Shown piece after piece: positions 46,935 through 49,022 of a DNA stretch of 49,022 bases (position 1 is the first letter of the stretch; every line of letters begins with the position of its first letter). A program made the translations under genes and the position numbers. A model generated the notes under the pieces. The model worked only from the letters and a program-made list of their open reading frames with translations, did no database searches and was not told the origin of the DNA. Origin of the DNA: Deinococcales bacterium. Its GTDB lineage: Bacteria > Deinococcota > Deinococci > Deinococcales > JAAFIG01. The stretch lies in contig JANNVX010000105.1 in assembly GCA_031414595.1 (NCBI GenBank), positions 1 through 49,022 of the forward strand. Direction: 5' to 3'.

Positions 46935-49022
46935 ATGAGCGACCTTCGCAGCCAATTAAACATTTGTATTGCCGATTTTGCCACCCGAGGCTTGCGCGAG
47001 GCAGCCACAGCCCTGCTGTCCACCCTTGGTTACGAAAGCAGCCGCACACTGCAACTCGATGGCTTTGCAGACATCGAAAATACAACCCTGCTCGAGGCGT
47101 ACAAACCAGAGATTACCGACCTAAAAGGCTTATTCCAACTGACCAGCCAAGAAATACGCAGCCACGGACAAAGCAAATTATTTACTTCGGGGGTGTTCGA
47201 CAACGCCAACATCGAAAGTTATCTGTTCTTAGCCCTCGAGCTAACAGAACCAAGCTACAGCCGCAGCAAACTAGCCGAGCTTGCTCGAGGCTTCAATAAA
47301 GCCTTTGGAATTCCAGTTTTTATTCTTTTTAAGCACCAACAGCACCTGAGCCTTGCCGTAATTCGGCGGCGCGTACATAAACGCGACTCGGACAGGGATG
47401 TTCTCGAGAAAGTGACCTTAATTAAAGACATTGATTTAGAACACCCGCACCGCGCTCATTTGGATATTCTGTCCGATTTGCATTTACCAACGCTACTAAG
47501 CGGCAAAGTAATTACTGCCTTTGTTGAACTCGAGTGGATGTGGGCTAAAGTGCTGGATATTTCGGCACTGAATAACCGTTTTTACAAAGAATTATCGGAC
47601 TGGTTTTACTGGGCGCTTGACCATAAGAATGTACAATTCCCCAACGAAAAAAATAGGGACGCAAGCCATATTGAACGCCAAAAAAGCCTGATTCGCTTTA
47701 TCACAAGGCTGATTTTTACATGGTTTCTAAAAGAAAAAAACCTTGTGCCGAACAAATTATTTGAAGTCAAGCAACTGCAAAGCATCCTAAAAAAATTCAT
47801 GCCAACAGCCGAAAACGACAGCACCTATTACCAGAGCATTCTGCAAAACCTGTTCTTTGCCACCCTGAATACCGAAATGGGCGCAGATAGGCACTTTAAG
47901 GAAGACGCACCAGCCAGAAACAACACTGGCTATATGGTGCATAATTTGTACCGTTACCAAAGCAGTTTTATAGACCCAAGCCAAGCCGTAGAGGATTTTG
48001 GCACAGTCCCATTTTTGAACGGTGGACTGTTTGAATGCCTAGACCGCGAAAAAAACCCCGAAACTGGCGAAAAGGAAATCCGAATAGATGGATTCTCCGA
48101 TGACCCAAAAAAACGCGCCGCTATTCCCAATATCCTCTTTTTTAGCCAAGCCCAAACAGTCGATTTAAGCGCTCAACTTGGCACAAAACACAAAACTGCT
48201 AAAGTACGCGGGATTCTCGAGATTCTCAGCGCCTATAAATTTACAATCACAGAAAACACGCCAATCGAAGAAGAAGTGGCACTCGACCCAGAACTTTTAG
48301 GCAAGGTCTTTGAGAATTTACTGGCAGCCTACAACCCAGAAACACTCGAGACCGCCCGCAAACAAACCGGTAGTTTTTACACCCCTCGAGATGTCGTGGA
48401 CTTTATGGTCGACGAAAGCCTGATTGCTTATTTGCATCAAGCCCTGACAGGTGGGCAACCCGTGGTGAATGGCGTGAAGACTGGCGAACAAGCGACCATG
48501 CCCGAAGGTGCATCTTATGGTCAAGAACCGCCGATGCTGATGCCCGAAAACGACCCGAATCTGCTATTGACCCCAAATGTCCAAGCAGGCGACACCGACC
48601 CTTTAGAACAAAAACTAAAGCGCCTTTTTTCGTACAGCACCGATTACCAACCCGAATTCTCGAGTACAGACATTCAAAAACTAATCACTGCCATAGACCA
48701 TGCCAAAATCCTAGACCCAGCTTGTGGTAGCGGGGCTTTTCCAATGGGCGTACTGCAAAAATTGGTCTTTGTACTTGGGCGACTAGACCCAGACAACCAA
48801 GGCTGGAAAACCCAACAACGCGAACGCAGCATTGGCGAAAAAATCCTTGAACTCAAAGCCGATATTGTGACTGCCAAAAAACCAATAGTCTGGAATGTTT
48901 TACGCAGTCTTAACTCCCAGATTAAGCGCGTCCTCGAGCAACACAATGTATTTCTCGAAGCTCAATTCCAAAGGCAACAAACGAATAATTCGTTCTGCAA
49001 ACAACTCGTTATACGCCCGTCG
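46935..49022 (+). CDS. Type IIG/Eco57I-like restriction-modification N6-adenine methyltransferase (partial)
   Basis: Frame from ATG 46935 appears open to the window end; VPFLNGGLFECLD, LDPELLGKVFENLL, TGSFYTPR, ILDPACGSGAFPMG (SAM-binding motif I). Confidence 0.88.
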   Translation, partial: MSDLRSQLNICIADFATRGLREAATALLSTLGYESSRTLQLDGFADIENTTLLEAYKPEITDLKGLFQLTSQEIRSHGQSKLFTSGVFDNANIESYLFLALELTEPSYSRSKLAELARGFNKAFGIPVFILFKHQQHLSLAVIRRRVHKRDSDRDVLEKVTLIKDIDLEHPHRAHLDILSDLHLPTLLSGKVITAFVELEWMWAKVLDISALNNRFYKELSDWFYWALDHKNVQFPNEKNRDASHIERQKSLIRFITRLIFTWFLKEKNLVPNKLFEVKQLQSILKKFMPTAENDSTYYQSILQNLFFATLNTEMGADRHFKEDAPARNNTGYMVHNLYRYQSSFIDPSQAVEDFGTVPFLNGGLFECLDREKNPETGEKEIRIDGFSDDPKKRAAIPNILFFSQAQTVDLSAQLGTKHKTAKVRGILEILSAYKFTITENTPIEEEVALDPELLGKVFENLLAAYNPETLETARKQTGSFYTPRDVVDFMVDESLIAYLHQALTGGQPVVNGVKTGEQATMPEGASYGQEPPMLMPENDPNLLLTPNVQAGDTDPLEQKLKRLFSYSTDYQPEFSSTDIQKLITAIDHAKILDPACGSGAFPMGVLQKLVFVLGRLDPDNQGWKTQQRERSIGEKILELKADIVTAKKPIVWNVLRSLNSQIKRVLEQHNVFLEAQFQRQQTNNSFCKQLVIRPS
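48490..48527. repeat. Dispersed hairpin element, copy 6, inside the methyltransferase ORF
   Basis: AAGCGACCATGCCCGAAGGTGCATCTTATGGTCAAGAA. Confidence 0.7.

Overview
Chromosomal window from a roughly 50% GC bacterium (GC estimated by eye), most likely phylum Deinococcota. Support for that call: Thermus/Deinococcus-type RpoZ, CarB, PilT, a Cys-less FmdB, an AbxC-type bacilliredoxin, many leaderless-looking genes and extreme CTCGAG over-representation. Most of the window is housekeeping, transport and signalling: ypdA, rpoZ, an HD-GYP phosphodiesterase, RND/MarR, pilT, carB, corA, a NitT/TauT ABC transporter, fdhD, an MCP, mgtE, lepA and an acyl-CoA carboxylase. It starts in the 3' end of an ISAzo13-like transposase and ends in a PLD-SNF2 helicase plus type IIG-like methyltransferase locus. 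Most notable unexplained structure: (1) a dispersed hairpin element (AGCGACCAY...RTGGTCAAG) with six co-oriented copies, compensatory base changes and one copy read in frame inside the methyltransferase; (2) a DUF559-like endonuclease gene enclosed by 46-bp palindromic inverted repeats inside an ABC operon, plus an ORF-less element of similar architecture; (3) an MgtL-like leader peptide with attenuator upstream of mgtE; (4) an RND pump with a ~250-aa Ala/Gly/Gln repeat insertion; (5) two paralogous DUF4258 plus Cys-less YgiT-like gene pairs. All family assignments come from motif recognition, not database searches.
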